Shown in pieces: positions 49,354 to 58,355 of a DNA stretch of 64,000 bases (its first letter is position 1; each line of letters opens with the position of its first letter). A program made the translations under genes and the position numbers. The notes below the pieces were generated by a model. The model had not been told where the DNA came from and made no database searches. It saw only the letters and a program-made list of their open reading frames with translations. Location of the stretch: positions 1-64,000 of the IMG/VR virus record IMGVR_UViG_3300047472_000134; one strand, given 5' to 3'. This stretch comes from a virus.

Positions 49354-49592
49354 GCACAAAGATCACGCAGGACACCCGCAAAATCTACCGGAGGGCTCTC
49401 GAGCCCTTCGGAATATCGATCTTCGATTTCGTGTGGCGCGGCAAGCATCCCGCCCTCGTCTTCGAACTGAACGGGAAGGAGCACCGGATCGTGATGGCCG
49501 GGAGCCCGAGCGATCATCGCGCCCGAATGAACAACATCACCTTTCTCAAACGCTACATCAGGGGCATCAATGACCAGCAAACTCTCCACTGA
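49350..49592 (+). CDS. HicA-like small protein with probable CTG start
   Basis: RGKHP..., SPSDHR...N pattern; GGAG 8 nt before CTGA overlapping the upstream stop. Confidence 0.55.
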   Translation: MSTKITQDTRKIYRRALEPFGISIFDFVWRGKHPALVFELNGKEHRIVMAGSPSDHRARMNNITFLKRYIRGINDQQTLH

Positions 49593-50685
49593 AATCTACA
49601 AGCGCGACTCCAAGGGTAAGATCCGGACCTGGCAGTATGAAGTCCAAGGCGACAGCTGGCGCACGATCGCCGGCCTGCAGGATGGCAACAAGGTCGAAAG
49701 CGCCTGGACGGTCTGCGTACCGGCGAGCCAGCCCACGGCCGAGGCCCAGGCTCAGTTCGAAGCCGACGCTGAGCGGACCAAGAAGCTGAAGCGTGACTAC
49801 CATCTGACGATCGAAGGCACGGCGGTCGCCAAGTATTTCGCGCCTATGCTGGCCGAGAAGTACGACCGCGAATTGGTCGGTGAAGGTGACTTCGCCCAGC
49901 CCAAGCTGGATGGCATTCGGTGCATCGCCACGAAGGACACCCTGAAGACCCGCAAGGGTGAGCTGATCACCAGCTGCCCGCACATCCTCGAGCAGCTGCA
50001 GCCGGTCTTCGCTCGCCACCCTGACATCGTCCTCGACGGTGAACTCTACAACCACGAATTCAAGGACAACTTCAATGAGCTCGCTTCGATCATCCGTAAA
50101 AAAACTCCTGACGCAGACCAACTTGCCAGGGCTGGTCGTGATGTCGAGTTTCATGTTTACGATCTGGTTGACCCTCGCCAACCACACGCCACCACCCTTG
50201 ACCGTATCGCTGCACTGACGACGCGCCTCTACGACGCCGGCCTGTCGATCCAGATCGTACCGTCGCATGTCGTCGACGACCATGACGAGGTGCGGGCTCT
50301 GTTCCTCAAGTACGTCGCTCTTGGCTACGAGGGCCTCATGATCCGCCGCGGCACTGCTCCCTACGAGCACAAGCGGACGGACGCTCTCATGAAGTACAAG
50401 GAGTTCGTGACCGAGGAGTACGTAATCTCCGAAGTGCTCGAGGGTGTCGGGAACTGGGCCGGCTACGCGAAGGCGGTCGAGTTCATCATCCCCGGCGACG
50501 TCCGCACCGAGCAGGGTGATCGGCCGAAGGCAGGCATCAAGGGCAACCAGGCCTTCACCAGGGCTCTCCTCGCTCGCAAGGACCAGCTGGTTGGCAAGAC
50601 GGTCACTGTCCAGTTCTTTGAACTGACACCGGCCGGCATCCCACGCTTCCCGATCGCGATCGACTTCGACCGCCCCGACGCCTGA
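49570..50685 (+). CDS. ATP-dependent DNA ligase
   Basis: PMLA, KLDGIR (motif I), LDGELY, EGLMIR and K.K motifs. Confidence 0.95.
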   Translation: MTSKLSTEIYKRDSKGKIRTWQYEVQGDSWRTIAGLQDGNKVESAWTVCVPASQPTAEAQAQFEADAERTKKLKRDYHLTIEGTAVAKYFAPMLAEKYDRELVGEGDFAQPKLDGIRCIATKDTLKTRKGELITSCPHILEQLQPVFARHPDIVLDGELYNHEFKDNFNELASIIRKKTPDADQLARAGRDVEFHVYDLVDPRQPHATTLDRIAALTTRLYDAGLSIQIVPSHVVDDHDEVRALFLKYVALGYEGLMIRRGTAPYEHKRTDALMKYKEFVTEEYVISEVLEGVGNWAGYAKAVEFIIPGDVRTEQGDRPKAGIKGNQAFTRALLARKDQLVGKTVTVQFFELTPAGIPRFPIAIDFDRPDA

Positions 50686-50939
50686 TGGCTTTCGGAGCAC
50701 GCCAGGAGGCAGATGGCCGTTGGGTTCTCTGCCTCCGCAAGGGCCGCACAGTGGACGGATGGTCCCACACCGATGGCTCGCGGACCACTTTCGAGTTCGC
50801 ATCGCAGCGCCGAGCTAAGGCGTGCGCCGACGAACTGAACGAAACCTTCTGGGACCAATACCGAAAATACAAGCTGGGGGACGAACCCCCAGCCTTCGCC
50901 AACGACATGACTGATTGCATAAGGAAACACTGGAAATGA
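50685..50939 (+). CDS. Hypothetical protein
   Basis: Coupled ORF. Confidence 0.55.
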   Translation: MAFGARQEADGRWVLCLRKGRTVDGWSHTDGSRTTFEFASQRRAKACADELNETFWDQYRKYKLGDEPPAFANDMTDCIRKHWK

Positions 50940-51868
50940 CAATCACTGCCAAGATCATCGCGGACTCCATTAGCACCACTGGAGTGCGGCTGACCACTCT
51001 GCAGCTCCGCTACCCTCGCTTCATCCACGCCGAGGAGCTAACGCACCGTGTGCTCTCGAGCACGACCGAGGGTGTCCTCTACGAGATCATCCACGATGGT
51101 TTGATGTACGACGAGAACCTGAGCCGCAACGCTGGCAGCTCGCGAGCAACTCCGGTCCAGAAGCTGATCCAGGATATCATCGACGATACGGCTATGCCAA
51201 TGCACTGGGGCAAGAACCAGCCTGGGATGCAGGCTCGCGAAGAGCACGCCGCTCTGATCAACATCCACGATCGCGAAGGCGACGTTCTCGCTGAAGACCT
51301 GACCGCCAAGCAAGCATGGATCTTCGCCCGGGACCAGGCGATCGCAGTGGCTCAGTCGTTCGACGAGGCCGGCTATCACAAGCAGATCGTGAACCGGCTG
51401 CTCGAGCCCTACGCCCACATCAACGTCATCGTCACCGCGACTGAATGGGACAACTTCTTTACGCTCCGTGATCATCCGGACGCCCAGCCTGAGATCCAGG
51501 TTCTGGCTCAGCAGATCAAGGCAGCGATGGCCGACTCCAAGCCGAACAAGCTCTGGGAAGGCCAGTGGCATCTGCCCTACGTGGCGGACAACGACGAGGA
51601 AGTCTGGAACTACGCGATGGAGAACGACCTGGGCCTGGTCGACGTCGCCCGCAAGGTCTCGGTCGCCCGCTGCGCCCGTGTCAGCTACCTCGGCTTTGAC
51701 GGGAAGAAGACCAAGGTTGCGGCCGACGTCTCGCTCCACGACAAGCTGGTGGTGGCTGAACCGCTCCACGCTTCGCCGGCTGAGCACCAGGCTACGCCGA
51801 CGCCGGGGGAGAATGGTCGCAACTTCCGCGGCTGGACGCAGTACCGACAGGTGCTTGAAGGCTACTGA
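50936..51868 (+). CDS. thyX: ThyX-like flavin-dependent thymidylate synthase
   Basis: YPRFIHAE..THR, SRNA.SSRA, HKQ..NRLLEP, FF.LR....AQPE, CARVSY and HASP.EH motifs. Confidence 0.85.
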   Translation: MTITAKIIADSISTTGVRLTTLQLRYPRFIHAEELTHRVLSSTTEGVLYEIIHDGLMYDENLSRNAGSSRATPVQKLIQDIIDDTAMPMHWGKNQPGMQAREEHAALINIHDREGDVLAEDLTAKQAWIFARDQAIAVAQSFDEAGYHKQIVNRLLEPYAHINVIVTATEWDNFFTLRDHPDAQPEIQVLAQQIKAAMADSKPNKLWEGQWHLPYVADNDEEVWNYAMENDLGLVDVARKVSVARCARVSYLGFDGKKTKVAADVSLHDKLVVAEPLHASPAEHQATPTPGENGRNFRGWTQYRQVLEGY

Positions 51869-51890
51869 TTTTAAGACTTAGACATTGATT

Positions 51891-51923
51891 AAAGGGCGAG
51901 AGTACACATTACTCTCGCCCTTT
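51891..51923. promoter_or_regulatory. GAGTA-N5-TACTC site within a 14-bp perfect hairpin (also terminator-like)
   Basis: aaagggcgaGAGTA-cacat-TACTCtcgcccttt. Confidence 0.7.
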
Positions 51924-51965
51924 CTTTATTGAGATTAGACAGCGTTCAAATCATGTAGCTAGTGC

Positions 51966-52400
51966 ATGAAAAAGAACTCTGGAAAACCATCTGAAAGCCT
52001 TTTCGAAGGCGTCTGGCTTAGGCTCGGGAAACGGGCCTATTGCTATCGCATCGCTGATGCGGCCGAAGTTCGTGGCCGCACCGGCAAGATTGGCGTCACA
52101 CGCGCCACACCTTCCGACTACATCGTCAGCTTTGACGGCGAAACAATCTACGCCGAAGTCAAGTCGACCCAGGAGAAAACCTCCTTCCCATTCTCGCTCC
52201 TGAAGAAGGGGCAAAATGCAGCCGCCCCTCAAGTTGTGAGCGCGGGCGGCAGCTACATCGTCTTCGTGCATCACCTCATCACCGGCACTTGGTACGCACT
52301 CCCCTGGCAAGTCATCCAGGCAGTGAAGGATCTCGGCCGCGCCTCAATCCCTTGGACAGAACTGGATAATTTCAAATGGACGCACCAACCCACTTTCTAG
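51966..52400 (+). CDS. PD-(D/E)XK nuclease, RecU/Hjc-like resolvase
   Basis: E..F, PSDYI, AEVKS and Q motifs. Confidence 0.8.
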   Translation: MKKNSGKPSESLFEGVWLRLGKRAYCYRIADAAEVRGRTGKIGVTRATPSDYIVSFDGETIYAEVKSTQEKTSFPFSLLKKGQNAAAPQVVSAGGSYIVFVHHLITGTWYALPWQVIQAVKDLGRASIPWTELDNFKWTHQPTF

Positions 52401-52942
52401 ACATCATGGTCGACATCGAGACCACCGGAACCGTTGCAGACAGCAACAGCATGATCCAGCTCTCGGCTGTCAAATTCGACCTCGCCACCCAGTCGGTCCA
52501 ACCATTCCCGGAGTTCTTCGATCGCTGCCTTCTGCAGCCAAAGAACCGCTTCTTCGAAGAAGAGTGCCGCACCAAGTTCTGGGGCAAGCGTCCTCAGATC
52601 TACAATCAGATCCAGGCTCGTGCTGAAGACCCGGCGACCGTCATGCGGGACTTCGCTCAGTGGGTTGGTTTCAACAACCCGAAGCCGGTTCGCTTCTGGT
52701 CCAAGCCGACGACTTTCGACTGGTCCTTCGTCGCCTCGTATTTCCGCCAGTACGACGTCCAGAACCCGTTCCACTACCGCTGGGCGATCGACATGAACTC
52801 GTACATCAGGGGCCTGGCTCAGGATCCGACTGTCGAGAGCAACTACATCCCGTTCCAGGGTGAGGCGCACAACGCGATCTTCGACGTCCTCAATCAGATC
52901 AACCAAGTTTTCGATGCGGTGAACAAATATGGAAATCGTTGA
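52376..52942 (+). CDS. DEDDh 3'-5' exonuclease
   Basis: MVDIET, FDW and HNAIFD motifs. Confidence 0.85.
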   Translation: MDAPTHFLDIMVDIETTGTVADSNSMIQLSAVKFDLATQSVQPFPEFFDRCLLQPKNRFFEEECRTKFWGKRPQIYNQIQARAEDPATVMRDFAQWVGFNNPKPVRFWSKPTTFDWSFVASYFRQYDVQNPFHYRWAIDMNSYIRGLAQDPTVESNYIPFQGEAHNAIFDVLNQINQVFDAVNKYGNR

Positions 52943-53867
52943 GAATGGAAAGCGTCTTGTTCTTCTTGGAGACCCTCACCTGGGGCGGACTTTTCATAAC
53001 GGGGTGCCTCTCCACCGCCGAGGGATGCGAGAGAAGCTTGTATGGCAGGATTTTCAAGCGTCTCTGCATCGTCCAGCTGGTGATTTTGACTATCACGTTT
53101 GCCTGGGCGACCTGTTCGACAAGTGGCTCGTGTCATACGACCTCATCCTGGATGTGGCTGAGCTATATCGGGGAGCAGCTGCGGCTCATCCTGGTGCTCA
53201 TTTCCTCATCCTGAAGGGCAACCACGACTGGACCCGCGATCTCCAGCGTAAGTCGGCCTTCGACGTCCTCACCATTCTGGTGCGGGACATTCCGAACCTG
53301 ACCATTGTTTCGGACGTCGTCACCATGGACGGCTTTGTGTTCTACCCCTGGCATCCCCTTTGGGATGCCAGTGAGAAGCTGACCGGTGTCGAGGGCCACA
53401 TCCTCTTCGGTCACTTCGACATCGAGTTCGGTGACCACAACATGGTCCCGACCACGCTGCACTTCGAAAAGATCTACACTGGCCACGATCACAAAGCCCG
53501 CACGCTGAAGCGTCACGGGACCGAGGTCATCGTCGTCGGTTCGATGCAGCCTTTCGCCCACGGCGAAGAACCGGACGACAGTCTCTATATCACCGTCCGC
53601 GCCGAGGACATCACCGATCCTTCGATCTTCAAGGACAAGTGCCTCCGGATCATCGGCCGCTATGACGGCGATATCGACTGCCTCCAGATCACCTACAAGC
53701 AGGACAAAACCGATGGCGACGACAGCCCAATCGAGGCCGTCACCATGGGTGACTTCGATATGGAAAAGCTCTTTGCGGAGTCTTTCGCTGAAGCCGGCGT
53801 CTCTGCTGGCCTCACTGCTCAGGTTCTGGACCAGTATCACACAAAGCGGAACGCAAATGGCTCTTAA
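52929..53867 (+). CDS. Mre11/SbcD-like metallophosphoesterase
   Basis: GDPHLG, GDLFD, GNHD and GHDH motifs. Confidence 0.88.
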   Translation: MEIVENGKRLVLLGDPHLGRTFHNGVPLHRRGMREKLVWQDFQASLHRPAGDFDYHVCLGDLFDKWLVSYDLILDVAELYRGAAAAHPGAHFLILKGNHDWTRDLQRKSAFDVLTILVRDIPNLTIVSDVVTMDGFVFYPWHPLWDASEKLTGVEGHILFGHFDIEFGDHNMVPTTLHFEKIYTGHDHKARTLKRHGTEVIVVGSMQPFAHGEEPDDSLYITVRAEDITDPSIFKDKCLRIIGRYDGDIDCLQITYKQDKTDGDDSPIEAVTMGDFDMEKLFAESFAEAGVSAGLTAQVLDQYHTKRNANGS

Positions 53868-54129
53868 AGACCTCGACCGATCGCCCGCCGAATATCTCTG
53901 GGTCATGGACACATGGCTCGGAGTACCGGGCCTGTCGGCGCCCGAAGTGGCGATGATTCAGACGTTCAAAACCAGTGTTGAAAAAGGCCTCGCAGACTTC
54001 GACCAGCTGCGTCGCATCGCCTCCCAACCAGCTTTCAAGCCAGTGCTTCGCTCAGCCATGTTCAAGGCGGCGATGGCCGGCGTCCTCTTCAATTGGAGTG
54101 AATACCCCTACCATGATCAAGCAGCTTAA
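53857..54129 (+). CDS. Hypothetical protein
   Basis: Coupled between the SbcD-like and SbcC-like genes. Confidence 0.6.
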   Translation: MALKDLDRSPAEYLWVMDTWLGVPGLSAPEVAMIQTFKTSVEKGLADFDQLRRIASQPAFKPVLRSAMFKAAMAGVLFNWSEYPYHDQAA

Positions 54130-56191
54130 TTATTCGGTCACGTTCCCGTCGACCGGCCGCACCCTGTCCGAAGCCGTCCTGTTCCAGGGCGGCTTTGGTG
54201 CTATTGTAGGTCCGAACGAATCCGGCAAGACCATGATCGTTGAGATGGTCCGCTTCTGCCTCTTCGGCTCGGCAGCTCTCCGAGGCAAGGCCGAGGACTA
54301 CAAGAACCTGAAAGCCTCGCTCGACTTCGTGATCCGGAACCAGGATTACACCGTCGATCGCACCGGGACCAAGGCTCAGCTCAAGGAAAATGGTGAAGTC
54401 GTCGCGGTCGGCATCACCCCGGTCAATGTTAAGATCGCCCAGATCCTGGGCTTCGGCCTGACCGTGTTCGACATGGCCTGCGTGGCGAACCAGAACCAGC
54501 TCCTGGCGCTGGGTGAGATGAAGCCGGCCGAGCGCCGCCGCGCCGTCGATAGCGTGATCGGTGTTTCCGTCCTCGACGACCTCGCGAAGTCGGCCGGCGT
54601 CGAAGCTCTGGCCCAGAAGCGGGCAGGGGACGATCTCGCCTCGAACAACCGCCTGCCTATCGAGCCGGTGCTGCACGACGGCTACCGCGAAAGCTCGGAA
54701 CTGTCCGAGGAGAAGGCTCAGCTGGACAGCATCCGCTCGCAGGCGGACCAGCTCCGCGGCTGGCTCGCGAACGAGAAGAAGAAGCCTGTGGCGCCGGTTG
54801 CGCCACACGGTCTCGGCTCAGCCGTCGTCCAGACGATGCTCGATGCTCAGAACGAGCGCAAGATTCAGCGTCAGGTTCTGGAAGGCGAGCTCGCTCGCAT
54901 TCCGGCTGCATCCGGCATCACCATGGACGAACTTGCGGCCGATCGCGAGAACCACAAGCTGGCTCAGGCTCATCGCGCCCGCCGGCAGTTCCTGGCCTTC
55001 AACAAGTTCCCGGATTTGGATCAGGACCAGATCAAAAGTATCCGCCGCGCCTGGGACGCTCACCACGACTGGCAGAAGGTTCAGCATCTGAAGAAGCAGA
55101 AGGCCGACCTGCTTTCCAAGGGCGAGCACACTTGCCCCAGCTGCACCCATCAGTGGCCAGTTGCGGGTGACGCGATCGAAAGCGTGGACCGGGAACTCGA
55201 GGTCTATTCCAAGTCCGTCCTGCTTCCGGAGAGGCCCTCGACTACGGAAGCAGAACTCGATCGTCATCAGCGCGAGCTCAACAACTGGCTCTCGGTCAAG
55301 GATGAGTGGAACGACGTCCACAGCAAGGCTCCGGAGACACCGCCGTCCGTCCGCTGGACGCTGGACCAGATCGCCAGCCTTGAGCACGGTATCCAGCTGC
55401 AGGACCGCCGCGCCGAGCTCGTCGCAGAGATCGAGAAGCTGAAGCCGGCCGACAAGGAACCGGACTACGCTACGATGCTGCGCCAGGCCCAGCAGCACGA
55501 GGCCCAGGTTGCGGCTTGGTCTACCCAGATGGATGAGTTCCGCGCCTGGGAGGCCGAGAAGAGCCAGAAGATGGTTCAGCTCGCGATGCTCGAGGTGGAT
55601 CTGCAGGGCTACGACCAGCTGGTTGCTGAACTGAACCAGGCTCTCGCTTACGAGCAGGCCTACAAGGTCTGGTTCCGCGAGTTCCAGATCTACAACGAGC
55701 GGCTCGACAAATGCACGACCTACTGGCTCGAAGCCGACGACTGGAACAAGGTCAAGGACGCTCTCCAGATCCTCCGTTCGAAGATTAAACAATATCTGGT
55801 TCCCTCACTTAATCGTGTCGCAAGCAGCTTGATTAGTCACATGACCGGAGGCGAACGACAGGCAATCAACGTGGACGAGGAATTCAATATTCTCGTCGAC
55901 GGACAAACGATCGATACCCTTTCCGGATCTGGCAAGGCAGTCGCTAACTTGGCGCTGCGTATTGGTCTGGGTCAGGTGCTGACGAACAATATCTTTTCTC
56001 TGTTCATGGGCGATGAAATCGACGAGTCCATGGATAAGAATAGAGCAGATAAAACCGCCGGAGTAATGCATACTCTGAAAGGTCGTATCTCGCAGCTTTT
56101 GCTCGTCTCACATAAATCTCCATCAGCGGATTACTTCATCGCTGTAGGAGAAAATAGTGAATACCAACTCAGCAACGACCAGCCTGATTAA
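54113..56191 (+). CDS. Rad50/SbcC-like ATPase
   Basis: GPNESGKT, Q-loop, CPSC zinc hook, LSGSG signature, DEID and SH motifs. Confidence 0.9.
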   Translation: MIKQLNYSVTFPSTGRTLSEAVLFQGGFGAIVGPNESGKTMIVEMVRFCLFGSAALRGKAEDYKNLKASLDFVIRNQDYTVDRTGTKAQLKENGEVVAVGITPVNVKIAQILGFGLTVFDMACVANQNQLLALGEMKPAERRRAVDSVIGVSVLDDLAKSAGVEALAQKRAGDDLASNNRLPIEPVLHDGYRESSELSEEKAQLDSIRSQADQLRGWLANEKKKPVAPVAPHGLGSAVVQTMLDAQNERKIQRQVLEGELARIPAASGITMDELAADRENHKLAQAHRARRQFLAFNKFPDLDQDQIKSIRRAWDAHHDWQKVQHLKKQKADLLSKGEHTCPSCTHQWPVAGDAIESVDRELEVYSKSVLLPERPSTTEAELDRHQRELNNWLSVKDEWNDVHSKAPETPPSVRWTLDQIASLEHGIQLQDRRAELVAEIEKLKPADKEPDYATMLRQAQQHEAQVAAWSTQMDEFRAWEAEKSQKMVQLAMLEVDLQGYDQLVAELNQALAYEQAYKVWFREFQIYNERLDKCTTYWLEADDWNKVKDALQILRSKIKQYLVPSLNRVASSLISHMTGGERQAINVDEEFNILVDGQTIDTLSGSGKAVANLALRIGLGQVLTNNIFSLFMGDEIDESMDKNRADKTAGVMHTLKGRISQLLLVSHKSPSADYFIAVGENSEYQLSNDQPD

Positions 56192-56573
56192 GGAAGAGAT
56201 CAAGCGCACGGGCGGCAACCTTTCCAAGGTCGCCCGTGCCCTCGGACTCGACTATTACGCCTTGCTCGACCAGCGCAAGCGCGAGATGTCCACCCGTCGG
56301 GTCGGCATCACTCCGGTCTCCGGACCAATCCCGGACGATTTCCGGACCCTCGGCCGCGAAGGCCACCAGCACAACGTCATCGCTGTAAAGCGCCAGGGCG
56401 AGGGCTGGCCAGAACGTTTCACCGCAGCCATTGCGGAAGCTCGCGAAAAGTATGACGCGGGCACACATGAAATGTGCCAGACGACGGAATTCGGTTGGGT
56501 AGTCCAATACCTGATCCCGCGCCTGAAGCCGGCTCCGCGCCGGAAGTTCTTCTCCGAAATGGTGGTCATGTAA
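56157..56573 (+). CDS. Fis-type HTH protein
   Basis: GGNLSKVARALGL motif. Confidence 0.7.
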   Translation: MNTNSATTSLIKEEIKRTGGNLSKVARALGLDYYALLDQRKREMSTRRVGITPVSGPIPDDFRTLGREGHQHNVIAVKRQGEGWPERFTAAIAEAREKYDAGTHEMCQTTEFGWVVQYLIPRLKPAPRRKFFSEMVVM

Positions 56574-56574
56574 A

Positions 56575-57087
56575 ATGACCAGTATCCTTCTCTCTTCGGG
56601 TCGCCGCGTCGATCCTTTCAATCTCGATGGCGTCAAGCTCACGCTCGACGAACTCATCCCACCGCTCGCCAAGCTGTGCCGTTACACCGGCCACACCTCT
56701 GGCCATTACTCGGTCGCTGAACACACGGTCCACCTGATCAACAAGGTGCCTGTGGGTCTGAAGCGTGCCGCAGCTTTGCACGACCTGAACGAGGGTCTGA
56801 CCAATGATCTGCCGCATCCCTTCAAAGCCGCGCTGCCCGACTACGGACAGTTCGAGAAGGGCGTCCAGCAACACATCTTTCGTCAGTTCGATGAGCCATG
56901 GGAAAACATGGAACTCGTCACTCACTACGATCGCCGGATTTGCGCGGATGAAATGGAAGAGCTGTTTAGCCCTCCGTACATCATCCCCGGTCTCGCCCCC
57001 TTGGGCGGCATCAAGTTCGAGTGCTGGGAGTGGCGCGAAGCCGAACAGAAACTCCGTCAATCCTTCAAATTCCTGGGACTGCTCTGA
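56575..57087 (+). CDS. HD-domain phosphohydrolase (YfbR-like)
   Basis: RY.GH...YSVAEH, LHD..E and D...P.K motifs. Confidence 0.85.
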   Translation: MTSILLSSGRRVDPFNLDGVKLTLDELIPPLAKLCRYTGHTSGHYSVAEHTVHLINKVPVGLKRAAALHDLNEGLTNDLPHPFKAALPDYGQFEKGVQQHIFRQFDEPWENMELVTHYDRRICADEMEELFSPPYIIPGLAPLGGIKFECWEWREAEQKLRQSFKFLGLL

Positions 57088-57713
57088 TGACCATGCTCCG
57101 TTACAACGAGGGCAAGAACCCTCTTTCGCTCATCCCATCCAGCTTCATCGAAGCGATCTTCAGCAACGCGATGGAGTGCCACTCCGTCGTTCCGACGAAG
57201 CTGATCTGGCTGACCGGCCAGGTGCTCGATTTCGGCGCCAAGAAATACAGCGCCCACAACTGGCGCAAGGGTGGCAGCTGGTCGTCTGTGATGAACAGCG
57301 CCCTTCGTCATCTGCTGAAGATGATCGATGGCCAGAAGATCGATCCGGAGAGCAATCTTTCGGAGGCTGGCCACCTCGGCTGCAACATCGCGTTCCTGCT
57401 CGAGTTCGCCAGCCAGAGTGTTGGTGATGACGATCGCTACGTCTCGCTGGCTGCTCCGGAGGGCATCGACGCAGAACCACAGCCGAGTCTGATCTGGGTT
57501 CTGAACGAGCTGCTCGCCTGGCGCGATGGTGGCCCGCTGCATCACCTGCAGATCGCCGCCTGGGAGCTGGCCCGCTGGGTCGAGTGGGACAGCCACGACC
57601 CACAGCCGGTTCCGGACAACGTCATCAAGTTCCCGGCCGCTCCCCGAATCCCGACCTCCGTCCTCCCTTTCGGCTTCCCTGCCTTCGACGGCTCCAACGT
57701 CGTCTTCCATTAA
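57087..57713 (+). CDS. dATP/dGTP diphosphohydrolase-like protein (DUF5664-type)
   Basis: GK..LSLIP, FGA.KY..HNWRKG, ALRH, DPES.L and H..CN motifs. Confidence 0.8.
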   Translation: MTMLRYNEGKNPLSLIPSSFIEAIFSNAMECHSVVPTKLIWLTGQVLDFGAKKYSAHNWRKGGSWSSVMNSALRHLLKMIDGQKIDPESNLSEAGHLGCNIAFLLEFASQSVGDDDRYVSLAAPEGIDAEPQPSLIWVLNELLAWRDGGPLHHLQIAAWELARWVEWDSHDPQPVPDNVIKFPAAPRIPTSVLPFGFPAFDGSNVVFH

Positions 57714-57719
57714 GGATCA

Positions 57720-58268
57720 TTGAACATGCAAGCTTCTGAATACCAGGCCAAGTTCGGCCGCACCCGCGCTCCTGTCTTCTTCCCGCATAACGTCCATCCG
57801 GCCTTCGTCGGCCAGCTGATGGACGCCCGCAAGAAGTCGGCTGACCTGATCGACGCCGTGAAGCGGGCGCTGATCTATGGCAATACTGAGCGCCTGAAGA
57901 ACACCGACTACGCCAAGGTGGCCGAGAACCCGCTCGATCTCCCGTTCTTCATGGACGTCGATGAGCTGCATGCCATCCTCGGAATGGAAGGGGAGGTCGG
58001 TGAGATCTCCGAAGCCGTTCTGTCCGAGGAACCCCGCGATGTGATCCGCGCCCGTATCGTCGATGAGGCCGGTGACTTCCTCTGGTACCTGGCTCTGCTT
58101 TGCGACAAGTTCGACATCAAGTTCGAGGAGCTGTTCGCCGGCAACATCGCCAAGCTGGCCAAGCGCTATCCGGACAAGTTCACCACTGAGTTGGCGGTCA
58201 ACCGTGATCTCGAGGCGGAAGCTGAAGTGTTCCAGCCAGGCCACCTCGAGGCGAAGACTCTGCACTGA
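57720..58268 (+). CDS. MazG-like NTP pyrophosphohydrolase
   Basis: HAILG..GEVGE, DEAGD..WY and NIAKL.KRYP motifs. Confidence 0.85.
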   Translation: MNMQASEYQAKFGRTRAPVFFPHNVHPAFVGQLMDARKKSADLIDAVKRALIYGNTERLKNTDYAKVAENPLDLPFFMDVDELHAILGMEGEVGEISEAVLSEEPRDVIRARIVDEAGDFLWYLALLCDKFDIKFEELFAGNIAKLAKRYPDKFTTELAVNRDLEAEAEVFQPGHLEAKTLH

Positions 58269-58355
58269 TCCAGCACGGTTCACAGTGCTTCAGCCCCGCC
58301 ATGGCAACGGCCGGCGGGGCTTATTACCTGAGACATCCAACAAGGAAATCCCCCC

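Noticed and set aside
56575-58268. Complete 2-aminoadenine (Z-genome) pathway
   Set aside because: No PurZ/PurA-like synthetase in the window
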